A DNA stretch of 64,000 nt from an uncultured delta proteobacterium (GTDB taxonomy: Bacteria; Desulfobacterota; Desulfobacteria; Desulfobacterales; Desulfatirhabdiaceae): contig CAWBKP010000014.1 in assembly GCA_963789395.1 (NCBI GenBank), forward strand, positions 320,001 to 384,000, written 5' to 3'. The notes under the pieces are model-generated. The model was not told the origin of the DNA. It ran no database searches and saw only the letters and a program-made list of their open reading frames with translations. Positions within the stretch are counted from its first letter, which is position 1. The number at the start of each line of letters is the position of its first letter. This document shows positions 48,526-58,541 of the stretch, one piece after another. Both the position numbers and the translations under genes were made by a program.

Positions 48526-49497
48526 ATGAAAAAAGGTATGGTCTGGATGATGGCGGCTGCCCTGATGGTAGCTCTGGTTGCAGCACCGGCTCCGGCAGCC
48601 GATCGGGTCTTTTTTGCGATAGCCACCGGCGGCACCGGCGGCACCTACTACCCCCTGGGCGGCATGCTGGCCCAATTGCTGTCCAACACGGTCGTCATTG
48701 ACGGAAAAAAACTCTCCGCCACCGCCGAAACCAGCAATGCCTCGGTCGCCAATGCCACGCTTCTGGGCCGCGCCGAGATCGAATCCGCCTTTGTCGCAGC
48801 CGATATTCTGGATGCCGCATACAAGGGCATCAAGCAGTTTGACGGCAAAAAGATGACCAACCTGCGCGCCCTGGGATCGTTGTATCCGGAAACCGTTCAG
48901 ATGGTGGTTCGCGCCGGCGCAGACATCAATACTTTTGCCGACATCAAGGGCAAATCGGTGTCTTCGGGTTCTCCCGGTTCCGGACAGTGGCAGCTTCTGG
49001 GCGATCTCCTGGATGCCTACGGCATCAAACGGGAAGATGTCAAGGAAGACTACTCCTCTTTTGCCCAGGCAGTTGAGAAAATCAAGGATGGCAATCTGGA
49101 CGCCACCCTGATCACCGCCGGCGCCCCGACTGCTTCGGTCACCGAACTGGCAAATGCCCACGACATCAAGATCATCCCCCTGTCTGGCCCCAGTATCGAC
49201 AAGTTGCAGTCCGTATCCCCCTACTACGCCAAGGCGGTACTGCCGGCCAACACCTACAAGGGACAGACCACCGCAGTCCCCACCATCGCCGTGCGTGCCA
49301 TCTGGGCCACCCAGGACAAGCTGGATGCTGAATTGGCCTACCAGATCACCAAAGCCCTTTACGAAAACACCGAGACTCTGGGCAAAGTGCACGTCATGGG
49401 AAAACAGATCAGCCTTCAGACAGCCCTGGAGTCGGTTTCAATCCCCCTTCATCCTGGCGCGGAACGTTATTTCAAAGAAAAAGGACTGATAAAATAA
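48526..49497 (+). CDS. TAXI-family TRAP substrate-binding protein
   Basis: IATGGTGGTYYPLGG, LYPE, GSPGSG, IPLHPGA..YF. Confidence 0.93.
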   Translation: MKKGMVWMMAAALMVALVAAPAPAADRVFFAIATGGTGGTYYPLGGMLAQLLSNTVVIDGKKLSATAETSNASVANATLLGRAEIESAFVAADILDAAYKGIKQFDGKKMTNLRALGSLYPETVQMVVRAGADINTFADIKGKSVSSGSPGSGQWQLLGDLLDAYGIKREDVKEDYSSFAQAVEKIKDGNLDATLITAGAPTASVTELANAHDIKIIPLSGPSIDKLQSVSPYYAKAVLPANTYKGQTTAVPTIAVRAIWATQDKLDAELAYQITKALYENTETLGKVHVMGKQISLQTALESVSIPLHPGAERYFKEKGLIK

Positions 49498-49498
49498 A

Positions 49499-50029
49499 AT
49501 GTTTTTACGGGTCGCAGCCATGCTGGCCGTCTTGCTGGCTTCCTGCGGCCCGTTTGCGCATACGCACCCGCAATGCTGCACAACGCTGGTCATTCGCCAG
49601 TTTCCGGCCCGCACGGAATTGGCCCGCTACTGCATACCCGGGAACGGCTGCTTCTCGTTATCCTTTATTCACTCGGTTTCCCAAACGCCTGTTCGTGACG
49701 ATTACCGGGTGGAAGCAGGCCGCATCGTGCAGGTGGCGGAAACATTTCAGACCCACGAAGCCGGGCTGCCGTCACTGGAACAGGAGGCCGACGCCCTGGA
49801 GTGGGAATGGCAGGACGGACAGTTTCTGCTTCGCATGCAACGCCCAATCCATCACCTGGTGATGCGAACCGACCGGCAGTACCGCAACCGCCTGCACCTG
49901 GCGGACCGAACCATCAATCTGAACCAGTGGGACAATCAGGCACTCGAACTGAGCATTGAAACTCATGACTCCCTTTTCAACAAAGAGAACGCACCATGTC
50001 TAACGAATCACAGCCTGAATCCGACCTGA
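49499..50029 (+). CDS. DUF1850 family protein (TAXI-TRAP associated)
   Basis: FSLSFIHSVSQTPV.D.Y...AGLP; lies between the TAXI gene and the permease. Confidence 0.75.
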   Translation: MFLRVAAMLAVLLASCGPFAHTHPQCCTTLVIRQFPARTELARYCIPGNGCFSLSFIHSVSQTPVRDDYRVEAGRIVQVAETFQTHEAGLPSLEQEADALEWEWQDGQFLLRMQRPIHHLVMRTDRQYRNRLHLADRTINLNQWDNQALELSIETHDSLFNKENAPCLTNHSLNPT

Positions 50030-52254
50030 CGCCCGCATCCCAGATTATCCCGGAGGTCAGTGAATCGGAAATCGAAGCCATCATCAAGAAGTATGATGCC
50101 GAATCCAATTTCCGAGATCTTATCGGTGTCACCGCCACCATCGCCAAGGTTGCCTGCATCTGCCTGAGCCTGTTCCATGTTTATACCGCGGGATTCGGCC
50201 TTCTGAACGAGGTAGCCCATCGCACGGTCCACCTCTCGTTTGTCCTGGGCCTGGTGTTTCTGATTTTTCCGCGTCGCCGCAATACCGGACAGGTATCCGC
50301 CTGGATCTTCGGTCTGGGGTTTTCCGCCCTGTATCTTTTTCTTACCTGGCAGCTCACCCATCGCATGGCCGACCAGTTTCCGCCCTGGGGGGTTCCGGCG
50401 CTTTACGGCGTCATCGGACTCCTGTGCTTAACCGCGCTGCCGCTGGAATCCCTGCAAGGTTTCGGCGATCGCCTGTCCATCGTCGACTGGCCGCTGGCGC
50501 TTGCCGGATCGGGCATTTCCGTGTATCTCGTGGTTTTTTTCAAAAGCATTTTTATCGTCAATATCGGTTTCCCGCAGCCGGCCGAGTTCATCATGGGACT
50601 TCTGGCCATTGTCATGGTGACCGAAGCCACCCGGCGGACCATGGGAGAGACGCTTCCCCTGGTGGGCGCACTGGCACTGCTTTATGGTCTGCTGGGACCC
50701 CATCTGCCGAACATGCTGGCACACCGGGGATATGACATCGTGCGCATCGTTCAGCATCTGTATCTGGGCACCGAAGGCATTTATGGTGTGGCGGTCGGGG
50801 TCGTAGCCACGTACGTCTTTCATTTCGTATTGTTCGGCGTGCTGGCCCAGGCATCCGGACTCGGCCAGCTCTTCATCGATTTGGCCACCATGCTGGCCGG
50901 CCGTTTTGTGGGAGGACCCGCGAAGGTCTCGGTCGTTTCCAGCGGGTTTTTCGGCATGATCTCCGGCTCGCCCATCGCAAACACCGTCACCACGGGCGCA
51001 TTTACCATCCCCATGATGAAAAAGCGCGGCTTTTCCGCAATCTTTGCCGGCGCGGTGGAGGCATCCGCTTCCTGCGGCGGGCAGGTGACACCGCCCATCA
51101 TGGGCGCATCGGCCTTCGTGATGTCGGAAATGCTGGGCATTCCCTACAACGAACTTATTTTTATCGCCATCGTTCCGGCGTTCTTTCACTATCTGGCGGC
51201 GCTTCTCATGGTTCACCTGGAAGCCAAGCGACTGGGCCTGGAGGGCCTGAGGCCGGATGAAATTCCCTCTTTTGTCCACACGATGAAGCGATCCTGGCAC
51301 CTGATGATTCCGCTGACAGTCATGGTCACCCTCCTGATCATGCAGTTTACGCCTTATCTGGCAGCTTTCTGGGGAATCATCCTGACCGTGGTCTGTTCCT
51401 ACATTCCCCTGGTCATGAAGCGTTTCGGCGTTACCGGCCTTGACGACAGCCATACGCTGACCCCCAGCCGGTTGATTCACGGGCTGGAGCTCGGCGCCCG
51501 GTCCGCCCTGGCAATTGGTGCAGCCTGCGCCTGCGTCGGTTTTATTCTGGGAGTCATCACGCTGACCGGCATGGGCTTTAAATTTTCCGGCGCGGTGCTG
51601 CAGATTTCAAACTCACTGGGGCACCTGGTCTCGAACCTGACGCCCTTTGACCTTATCTCAGTCAAAACGGCATCCCTGTTCTTCGGGCTGATCATGGTGG
51701 CCATCGCCTGCATTCTGATGGGCACCGGCATTCCCACTACGCCTACCTACATCATTCTGGCTTCCATTGCAGGGCCCGCCCTGCTGGATATGAACGTGCC
51801 GCTGCTGGCCACCCATTTCTTCGTCTTCTATTATGGGGTCTTGGCCGATGTCACGCCGCCCGTGGCCCTGGCCGCCTACGCCGGAGCCGGCATTGCCCGT
51901 TCCGATCCCATGAAAACCGGTGTCACTGCCTTTAAGCTCTCCATGGGCAAGGGACTGGTACCGTTCATGTTCGTGTATGCGCCCAGCATGCTGCTGATCA
52001 ATTTCACCTGGACGGAGTTCGGCATTGCCATGGCCAGCGGGGTCCTCGGCATTTTTGCCTTGTCCGTGGCATTCACCGGCCATTTCATCAGAAGCACCCG
52101 GGCCTGGGAAGATGTCCTGCTGTGTATCTGCGGCCTGTTTCTTGTGGGAAACCACCTGCCGACGATTCTCTTTGGTGCGGCGATGGTTTCATTGTTGCTG
52201 ATCCGGCTCTACGTGACCGGAAAAAATCAGGAACCGGTAATGGCGACCGCATGA
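49996..52254 (+). CDS. TRAP fused 4TM/12TM permease
   Basis: EATRR, EGIYG, GGPAK, PPIMGA, GIPTT..YI, ADVTPPVALA. Confidence 0.93.
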   Translation: MSNESQPESDLTPASQIIPEVSESEIEAIIKKYDAESNFRDLIGVTATIAKVACICLSLFHVYTAGFGLLNEVAHRTVHLSFVLGLVFLIFPRRRNTGQVSAWIFGLGFSALYLFLTWQLTHRMADQFPPWGVPALYGVIGLLCLTALPLESLQGFGDRLSIVDWPLALAGSGISVYLVVFFKSIFIVNIGFPQPAEFIMGLLAIVMVTEATRRTMGETLPLVGALALLYGLLGPHLPNMLAHRGYDIVRIVQHLYLGTEGIYGVAVGVVATYVFHFVLFGVLAQASGLGQLFIDLATMLAGRFVGGPAKVSVVSSGFFGMISGSPIANTVTTGAFTIPMMKKRGFSAIFAGAVEASASCGGQVTPPIMGASAFVMSEMLGIPYNELIFIAIVPAFFHYLAALLMVHLEAKRLGLEGLRPDEIPSFVHTMKRSWHLMIPLTVMVTLLIMQFTPYLAAFWGIILTVVCSYIPLVMKRFGVTGLDDSHTLTPSRLIHGLELGARSALAIGAACACVGFILGVITLTGMGFKFSGAVLQISNSLGHLVSNLTPFDLISVKTASLFFGLIMVAIACILMGTGIPTTPTYIILASIAGPALLDMNVPLLATHFFVFYYGVLADVTPPVALAAYAGAGIARSDPMKTGVTAFKLSMGKGLVPFMFVYAPSMLLINFTWTEFGIAMASGVLGIFALSVAFTGHFIRSTRAWEDVLLCICGLFLVGNHLPTILFGAAMVSLLLIRLYVTGKNQEPVMATA

Positions 52255-52305
52255 CATGCGGTCAATGCCGACATTTCACGCTGAAGCTGCGGGATACTGT
52301 GGCCG

Positions 52306-55300
52306 CTACGCCACTACCGTTATGCGGCTGGATCCGCCAGGCTCCTTTTCCAGGCGGATCTGGGTGGGAATTTCCTCGGCCAGGCGTTTGACGTGCGAGA
52401 CGACGCCGACCGTCTTGCCGTTGGCACGAAGCCTCTTGAGGGCGGACATCACCTTGTAGAGCATTTCCTCATCCAGGACCCCGAAGCCTTCATCCAGAAA
52501 CAGGGATTCGATCTTGCGATGCCGGCCGGCCATGTCCGAGAGCCCCAGGGCAAGGCAAAGACTCGCCAGGAAGGATTCCCCGCCTGAAAGCGTTTTCACG
52601 GATCGAAGCGCCCTTGCCTGAAGGGCGTCTTCGATGTGCAGCCCCAAGGAATTCTCCCCGGCCGCTTTCAGGGTATAGCGGCCGCTGCTCAGTGCGATCA
52701 GGTGCCGGTTGGTTTCTTCCAGGAGCTGCTGCAACAGGAGCTGCTGCAGCTTTCCGCCGGCGTTGCCGGACCCTTCAACACTGCGATGGACGTTCATTGC
52801 CTCGTCAGTTGCCTTTTCCTGAACGGCAATGGCCTGGAGCAGTTCGCGATACGCACGCTCCGTCTGACGATACTGTTCCAGGGTGTGTTCACAGCCGTCG
52901 ATATCCTGCTGAAGGTCTTTTTGACGCTTGACGGCATCTGAAATTTTCCAGCGGACCGTTTCAAGAGAATCCTGTGTGGTGTATTCGGGCCGAAGCGCCG
53001 CCAGCGCTTCGCGCGCCGCTGTCACGGCGCCTTCGGCGCCGGCCAGGCGGTTCATGATCTCCTGCTCGCTCTGAAGGATTGAAAGCCCGTCCCGAACAGC
53101 GATCAATGAGCCCAAGCCGGCAGCGCCGGATTGCTCCAGAAGCCCCTGCTCCGCGGCATCTGCTTCGTTTCGGGCTTGCCGCGCCTGGTCGCGCAATTGC
53201 TGCAATGCTTCCCGATCTGCCGCAAGCCCTTGATCAAGGGCGTCAACTTCCGCAGACAGCGTCTGCTCTTGGGCGTTAAGGCCTTCCACCCGGCCTTCCA
53301 GTGTTCGGCGCTCACCGGCAAGATCCAGGGTGCCGAATCTGGCCTCGCGATCCGATTTAAGCGCATTCAGCTGCATCTGGATGGTTTGGCTTTCCGCGGA
53401 AAGATGATCCGCCTCCTTCTGTAGCCGCTGAAGCGCTTCGGAGAAGACCGTCTGCTGTGTTTCCAGCAGCCGGCGTTCCTCTGCCGCGGCCGTATGCTCC
53501 TTGCACTTCCGGCTGTAAAGTTCCGATCGCTCCCGAAGCCGCTCAACCGGCACGCTCTCGGCTCCGGGCTCCGGCTGCGGTTCCTGCCAGCGCTGGAGGC
53601 GGCCTGTCAGCGCCGAGCGGACCGAATCCTCGTTATCAGCCAATCGTTTCAAGTCGGCATCGATCTGAGCCAGCGCCTGTTGAAGGGGTTCATGCTGATC
53701 CCGCGCCAGCTCCAGCTGTTTTTCCCGTTTGGAGAGTTTTTCCAGTTTCCGCCCCAGTGCACGATCCGTCCAATTCGCCTGCCAGACATACCACCAGGCG
53801 GATCGGATTTTGGATCGGGCATCGCGAATTTCCTTCCGGATGGTGCGGATACCCTCCAATGGCAGGTTGGCATCGCCGAAATCCCAGGTCTCGCCCGCCA
53901 CGGCACATTGCCTGTCCCACTCCAGTTGCAGTTCCCCCAGGGATTTGGCGCGTGTTTGAAGCGCCAGGTCTTTTTTCTGAAAAGATTCGAGTTCGATCTG
54001 CCAGGCCCGGATTTTCTCCTCCCGCTCTCCGATAATGTGATCCAGTTCGGTAAAATCGATTCCCCCTTCGTCCAGAAAGGGGTGCGACGATGCACCGCAG
54101 AGGGGGCAGGGTTCTCCCGGCTGCAGCGCTCCCCTGTATGGGTCGAGCCGGCGAATGGTATCCCGCCGCTGAATCTGCCCTTCAAGTGCCGCAAGGCGTG
54201 ATCGTTCCGTGGAGATGGCTTCCGTCAGGGCCGCCAACCGGGCGTTATTATCCGCCAGTTCTTCCCGGATGTTTCTGAAAGCCTCGCCTTTACGGCCGAT
54301 GCGGATAAGCGCTTTGCAGGCGGCCAGTTTTGTTGCGCCCCGGTCAATGCCGGCTTTCAGGCCGGCTTTTGTCTCTCCCGCGTAAACAGCCGACAGCCGC
54401 TCATCCCGCGCTGTTTTGCGCGCTTTCAGCCGGTCGGCCTTTTCACAGGCCTTTTGGAACGAATTTTGCGCATGCCGGAGCGTCCTGGCTGCCCGCCCTT
54501 CGGCTTTTTCTGCATCGCTTCTCGTGTTTCTGCATGTTTCCATTTCCTGGCGAATTGTGAGGCACTGCGACAGAAACGTTTCCAATGCAGGAATCTCCGT
54601 CTCCAGGCTTTGCTCTTCAGCGTGCGCTGCGATCCACTGCTGAAGCGCCTGTATCCGTCCGTCCAGGCCCCTTGCCTTTTCCGACAACTCGGGACGCTTC
54701 TGGTCCTTGTCCCGCTGCTCCCGCGCAATGGCTTCAAGGCGGGAGACCGCTTTCAGAAAACGCTCCCCCAGCACTGCAATATCGTGATCCAGGCGTGCGG
54801 CCTCAAGAAAATCTCCGGTTCGCTCCACCAGATGCTGCCGGGCCGATTCAAGTTCTTCGCGAATACCGCCAAGCCGCTCCGCAATCTGCCTGATTTCTTC
54901 CTCCCGGGACGGGATCCGGGCTTCCAGTTGCAGCACTTCAGCCTGGAGCGCCTCAGTCTTTGCCTTCAGCGTCTCCACCTGTGTCATGGCTTCTCTGAAA
55001 CGTCCGGCAGGTCTGGCCTGTTCCAGCTGCTGAAGATTTTGTTGCGCCTCGGCATACTGCGTTTCCGCCCTCAGGAGCGCCCCGGCGGCTTCCTGCTCTG
55101 CCATGGGCGCTTGCTCCGCCCGTTCCAGCCAGGCTTCCAGGTATCGCAGCCTTTCCAGGTCGCGGTCAATTTCCCGGCTGTCTTCCCGCGCCTGTTCCAT
55201 GAACTGCCGACGTTCATCCACCTGTCCCCTGTCCGGCGTCTGGAAGCCGGCAGCCTCCTCCTTTAGCCGATTGAGCCGCTCTGTTTCCAGTTCGGCCTGG

Positions 55301-55854
55301 GAGCGGATGGAGGCTTCCATATCCCGAAGCAACTCCGGGCCGATGATTTTCTCAAGTATCTCGGCCCGCTCGTTTTCCAGAGCATTTAAAAAAGCGGAAA
55401 ACTCGCCCTGGGCCAGGAGAATGGAGCGGCAGAAACGCTTGAAGTCAAGCCCGGTAAGTTCGGCAATGTGATTTCGAACCGGAATCGATCGACTTTCCAG
55501 AAGGGTTTTGTCCCCGTTCAGGGAGAAAAGCGACATTTCGGGAGGGTCCGGATTGTCGCCGGTCTTTTGCACGGACCACCTGCTGCAATAGCGATGGTCC
55601 ATTACCGAAAATGTGACTTCCGCGTAGGATTCATTCCCCTGAAGGTTCAACAGAAACGTTTCAGGACTTCTGAGACGCGCCGTCTCCCCGTAAAGCCCAA
55701 GGGTTATCGCATCCAGGATGGTGGTTTTTCCCGAACCATTGGGACCCACAATGGCAAAAAGCCCCGTATCGGAGATCGGAGACCGGTCAAAGCATATTTC
55801 CCATTCCCCGGTCAGCGAGTTGATATTTTTGAATTTAACGCCCAGTATCTTCAT
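52306..55854 (-). CDS. sbcC: SbcC/Rad50-like SMC ATPase
   Basis: NINSL, GPNGSGKT, LLAQGEF, zinc hook CPLCG, LSGGE, LFLDEGFG, VVSHV. Confidence 0.92.
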   Translation of the reverse strand: MKILGVKFKNINSLTGEWEICFDRSPISDTGLFAIVGPNGSGKTTILDAITLGLYGETARLRSPETFLLNLQGNESYAEVTFSVMDHRYCSRWSVQKTGDNPDPPEMSLFSLNGDKTLLESRSIPVRNHIAELTGLDFKRFCRSILLAQGEFSAFLNALENERAEILEKIIGPELLRDMEASIRSQAELETERLNRLKEEAAGFQTPDRGQVDERRQFMEQAREDSREIDRDLERLRYLEAWLERAEQAPMAEQEAAGALLRAETQYAEAQQNLQQLEQARPAGRFREAMTQVETLKAKTEALQAEVLQLEARIPSREEEIRQIAERLGGIREELESARQHLVERTGDFLEAARLDHDIAVLGERFLKAVSRLEAIAREQRDKDQKRPELSEKARGLDGRIQALQQWIAAHAEEQSLETEIPALETFLSQCLTIRQEMETCRNTRSDAEKAEGRAARTLRHAQNSFQKACEKADRLKARKTARDERLSAVYAGETKAGLKAGIDRGATKLAACKALIRIGRKGEAFRNIREELADNNARLAALTEAISTERSRLAALEGQIQRRDTIRRLDPYRGALQPGEPCPLCGASSHPFLDEGGIDFTELDHIIGEREEKIRAWQIELESFQKKDLALQTRAKSLGELQLEWDRQCAVAGETWDFGDANLPLEGIRTIRKEIRDARSKIRSAWWYVWQANWTDRALGRKLEKLSKREKQLELARDQHEPLQQALAQIDADLKRLADNEDSVRSALTGRLQRWQEPQPEPGAESVPVERLRERSELYSRKCKEHTAAAEERRLLETQQTVFSEALQRLQKEADHLSAESQTIQMQLNALKSDREARFGTLDLAGERRTLEGRVEGLNAQEQTLSAEVDALDQGLAADREALQQLRDQARQARNEADAAEQGLLEQSGAAGLGSLIAVRDGLSILQSEQEIMNRLAGAEGAVTAAREALAALRPEYTTQDSLETVRWKISDAVKRQKDLQQDIDGCEHTLEQYRQTERAYRELLQAIAVQEKATDEAMNVHRSVEGSGNAGGKLQQLLLQQLLEETNRHLIALSSGRYTLKAAGENSLGLHIEDALQARALRSVKTLSGGESFLASLCLALGLSDMAGRHRKIESLFLDEGFGVLDEEMLYKVMSALKRLRANGKTVGVVSHVKRLAEEIPTQIRLEKEPGGSSRITVVA

Positions 55855-55894
55855 GATGATTTCCTAGGGTAAACATCATTATCGCAAGAAGAGA

Positions 55895-55956
55895 AACCGC
55901 TCAGGATTGCCCACACCCCGATAAACATTGGCGTCTATCTGCGTTCAGTCGCGGTT
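55895..55956. repeat. Degenerate AACCGC...ATCTGCGTTCA..GCGGTT hairpin repeat
   Basis: Terminal inverted hexamers and an ATCTGCGTT-type unit; single copy in the window. Confidence 0.3.
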
Positions 55957-56031
55957 GACAGTAACAAAGAGAACTGCTCCGTGATGATTTCATGTCTCGA
56001 ATCACGCTGAATTCCGGCCGTGCGGACCGGT

Positions 56032-56799
56032 TTAACCCAGAATCAGGCGCTGGGGATCACATTTTTCCCTCAGGATTTTAAGCTCGAACTCCGTGGGCGG
56101 TGCCACTTCTTTTGCCCGCGATACATCGATGTCAAACCCCATGTTATCCAGAACCTGCCGCGGCGTGATGCCGGGAAAAAAGCCGGTCAGATACATCTCC
56201 CTGGTGACAGTATCAAATCCCATGGTCGCCATGTTGGTAATGACGGATTCGGGCCCGCCATCGGGAAGCCCGGCGTTTTTACGGCCATCGGGCCCGTCCA
56301 GCCAGCCGGGGCTCGTAATGTAATCCACCTTGGGAACAAATTTTCGCTTTTCATGCTGCATGAAGGTGATGGTTCTGCCGACAAAAGAGGCCACATCGCA
56401 GGCCCCGCCGCTTCCGGAAAAGCGGACCCTGGGGTTGAAATAATCCCCGATGGCCGTTGAATTCAGGTTCCCGAACCGGTCGATCTGGGCCGCGCCCATG
56501 ATGCCCACCACATGCGGGCCGGTAACCCGGCTCTGCATGGTGGCAAATGCATCTGCCAGGTTGCCGTTCACCGATGTCCAGAACATCACCCGGGAATCCG
56601 CCACGGCCAGCGGGACTTCTTCCAGAAGGGAGTCGATGGCCCCGGTTTCAAAAAAAATGACACTGTTCGGTGCGCAGATGTGCTTGGCTGCCATGGCAGC
56701 CACCATGGAAATGCCCGTACCGCAGAAAACGATATCGCCGTCCTTGATCTGGCGCGCGGCGGCAATGGTCATCAATTCCTTCAAGGTATAATCCGGCAT
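56032..56799 (-). CDS. Family I CoA-transferase subunit B (glutaconate/3-oxoadipate CoA-transferase-like)
   Basis: FFETG (catalytic Glu position), GAAQIDRFGNLNST, GSGGACD, VDYITSPG. Confidence 0.9.
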   Translation of the reverse strand: MPDYTLKELMTIAAARQIKDGDIVFCGTGISMVAAMAAKHICAPNSVIFFETGAIDSLLEEVPLAVADSRVMFWTSVNGNLADAFATMQSRVTGPHVVGIMGAAQIDRFGNLNSTAIGDYFNPRVRFSGSGGACDVASFVGRTITFMQHEKRKFVPKVDYITSPGWLDGPDGRKNAGLPDGGPESVITNMATMGFDTVTREMYLTGFFPGITPRQVLDNMGFDIDVSRAKEVAPPTEFELKILREKCDPQRLILG

Positions 56800-56816
56800 G
56801 TTCGTTCTGTTTCTCC

Positions 56817-57794
56817 CTATCGCCTGTCCAGCCCCACGGCATAGCCGGTTCTGGGGTCAGCCTGGATGGCATTCAGCTGCCCGGCTCCGATTTTATCCAG
56901 AAGCCCTTGATGACTGGATACACCATAAACGAATTCATCCAGATAGGCCCTGTAGCGGCCATCGTCTTCGGCGCTCCTGCGGTAGGCGTTGAGATAGGCC
57001 GGGTCATAGTCGTAGTACCGGTAACAGGCCGTGGGATAGGCGCCGTAAGGCAACGGGACAACGGCATCCACGCAGAAAGAGGGGATCTGGTTCTGGTCCG
57101 GAGCGGCCTTCAGGACTTCGGATGCCACCAGTTCCTCGCAGGTAACGATAACGTGTTTGGCGCATTTGGCCTGCTCGACATCGGAAAAGGTCAGGCCTTC
57201 CATCCGAACGGTGCCTTCCTTGTCCGCCTTCTGAACGTGAATGATGGTGACATCGCAGTTGATGGCCGGAACCAGGACGAGTTTGGGCGCATTTCCCCAG
57301 GATCCGAAAGGATTGTCCATGACCTGAAGCTTTTGATCCGGAAGCCGGGAATCCTCGGCCCGCATCTGCCTTGAAAACCCCCATTTTTCGATGATATCGG
57401 TTCCCAGCGACGAGCGGGTGGGCAGAAACGGAACCCCCATGGCGCCTGCCATGAATCGCAGCGTCATCTGGTAATTGGAATAATCTTCAATGGCAATGGC
57501 GCCGGACTGGGCGGCTTTTTTAAACCGGATGCAGGTCGGGGCGAACCGGCCGCTTCCGGCGTAGGCGATCTCCAGCCGGGATACGCATCCGGCGCCGATC
57601 AGCTCGTCCACACCCTGGCCGTTTGAGTGCGCATAGAGGTGGATGTTGCCGATTTTCTGACGGATGATTTCATATACGGCCGCCATCGGATTGCGGTTGA
57701 CCGTAAATCCGCCGATGGACAGATGACAGCCGCTGAAAACGAATTTTTTCACAGCTTCTGATAGACTGGTTGTTTTATCCTGACTGATGTTCAT
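56817..57794 (-). CDS. Family I CoA-transferase subunit A
   Basis: GGF...RNPMA, DELIGAG, AGAMGVPFLPT, HVQKAD, GAYPTAC. Confidence 0.9.
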   Translation of the reverse strand: MNISQDKTTSLSEAVKKFVFSGCHLSIGGFTVNRNPMAAVYEIIRQKIGNIHLYAHSNGQGVDELIGAGCVSRLEIAYAGSGRFAPTCIRFKKAAQSGAIAIEDYSNYQMTLRFMAGAMGVPFLPTRSSLGTDIIEKWGFSRQMRAEDSRLPDQKLQVMDNPFGSWGNAPKLVLVPAINCDVTIIHVQKADKEGTVRMEGLTFSDVEQAKCAKHVIVTCEELVASEVLKAAPDQNQIPSFCVDAVVPLPYGAYPTACYRYYDYDPAYLNAYRRSAEDDGRYRAYLDEFVYGVSSHQGLLDKIGAGQLNAIQADPRTGYAVGLDRR

Positions 57795-57907
57795 GCGATA
57801 TTGGATCCATATTCAAAAAAAGTCATAAAGAGTTGCAACAACGGCCGCACACGGTATGCCTTTGACTTTCTATCGTAGAAAAAAGGATGTTATCTGACAA
57901 ACGTTTT

Positions 57908-57944
57908 AAATCCCCCCTGGCCCCCCTTTTCCAAAGAGGGGAAC
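57908..57944 (+). repeat. REP-like repeat, single copy
   Basis: AAATCCCCCCTGGCCCCCCTTTTCCAAAGAGGGGAAC, near-identical to 13193-13228. Confidence 0.75.
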
Positions 57945-57987
57945 GGCACAGGCATGGACCTGCGAAGCAGAAAAATGAAGGCGTATG

Positions 57988-58539
57988 TCACACTGAAATA
58001 TTCAGATCCCGAACGATTTTGATTCCCAGCTCCAGCGCCTTCCGGTTCATGTCCAGAAAGCCGGGGGGAATGCGGGTTTCCAGCACGCGGATGATGGATT
58101 CTGGCTTGACCAGGCCGGTCAGGGCGATCACCGCCCCAAGCATGCAGATGTTAAAGACGACAGGCTGTGCGATAGCATCCATCACCGCCCGGAACATGCC
58201 TAGCTCCACCTGCCGGGCATCCACTTTGCGCTCGGTTTTCACAAAGCGGGTGTCGGTGATCAGCGTGCCGCCGGGCCGGATGATGGGGTAGAACTTGCTG
58301 TAGGCCTCCTGGGTCAGGCAGACCAGCACATTGGGCTGGGTGACCTTGGGAAAATAGATCTGAGAGTCTGCGATGATCACATCCGTGCGGGTGGAGCCGC
58401 CTCTGGCCTCCGGGCCGTAGGACTGGGACTGCACGGCGATCAAGTCTTCATAGAGCACCGCGGCCTCGGCCAGGATAATGGCCGCGGTGATCACGCCCTG
58501 GCCCCCGGAGCCTGAAAACACCATTCTGCATCTTTCCAT
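57988..58539 (-). CDS. korC: 2-oxoacid:ferredoxin oxidoreductase gamma subunit
   Basis: GSGGQGVI, SYGPEARGG, NICMLGA. Confidence 0.92.
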   Translation of the reverse strand: MERCRMVFSGSGGQGVITAAIILAEAAVLYEDLIAVQSQSYGPEARGGSTRTDVIIADSQIYFPKVTQPNVLVCLTQEAYSKFYPIIRPGGTLITDTRFVKTERKVDARQVELGMFRAVMDAIAQPVVFNICMLGAVIALTGLVKPESIIRVLETRIPPGFLDMNRKALELGIKIVRDLNISV

Positions 58540-58541
58540 GG

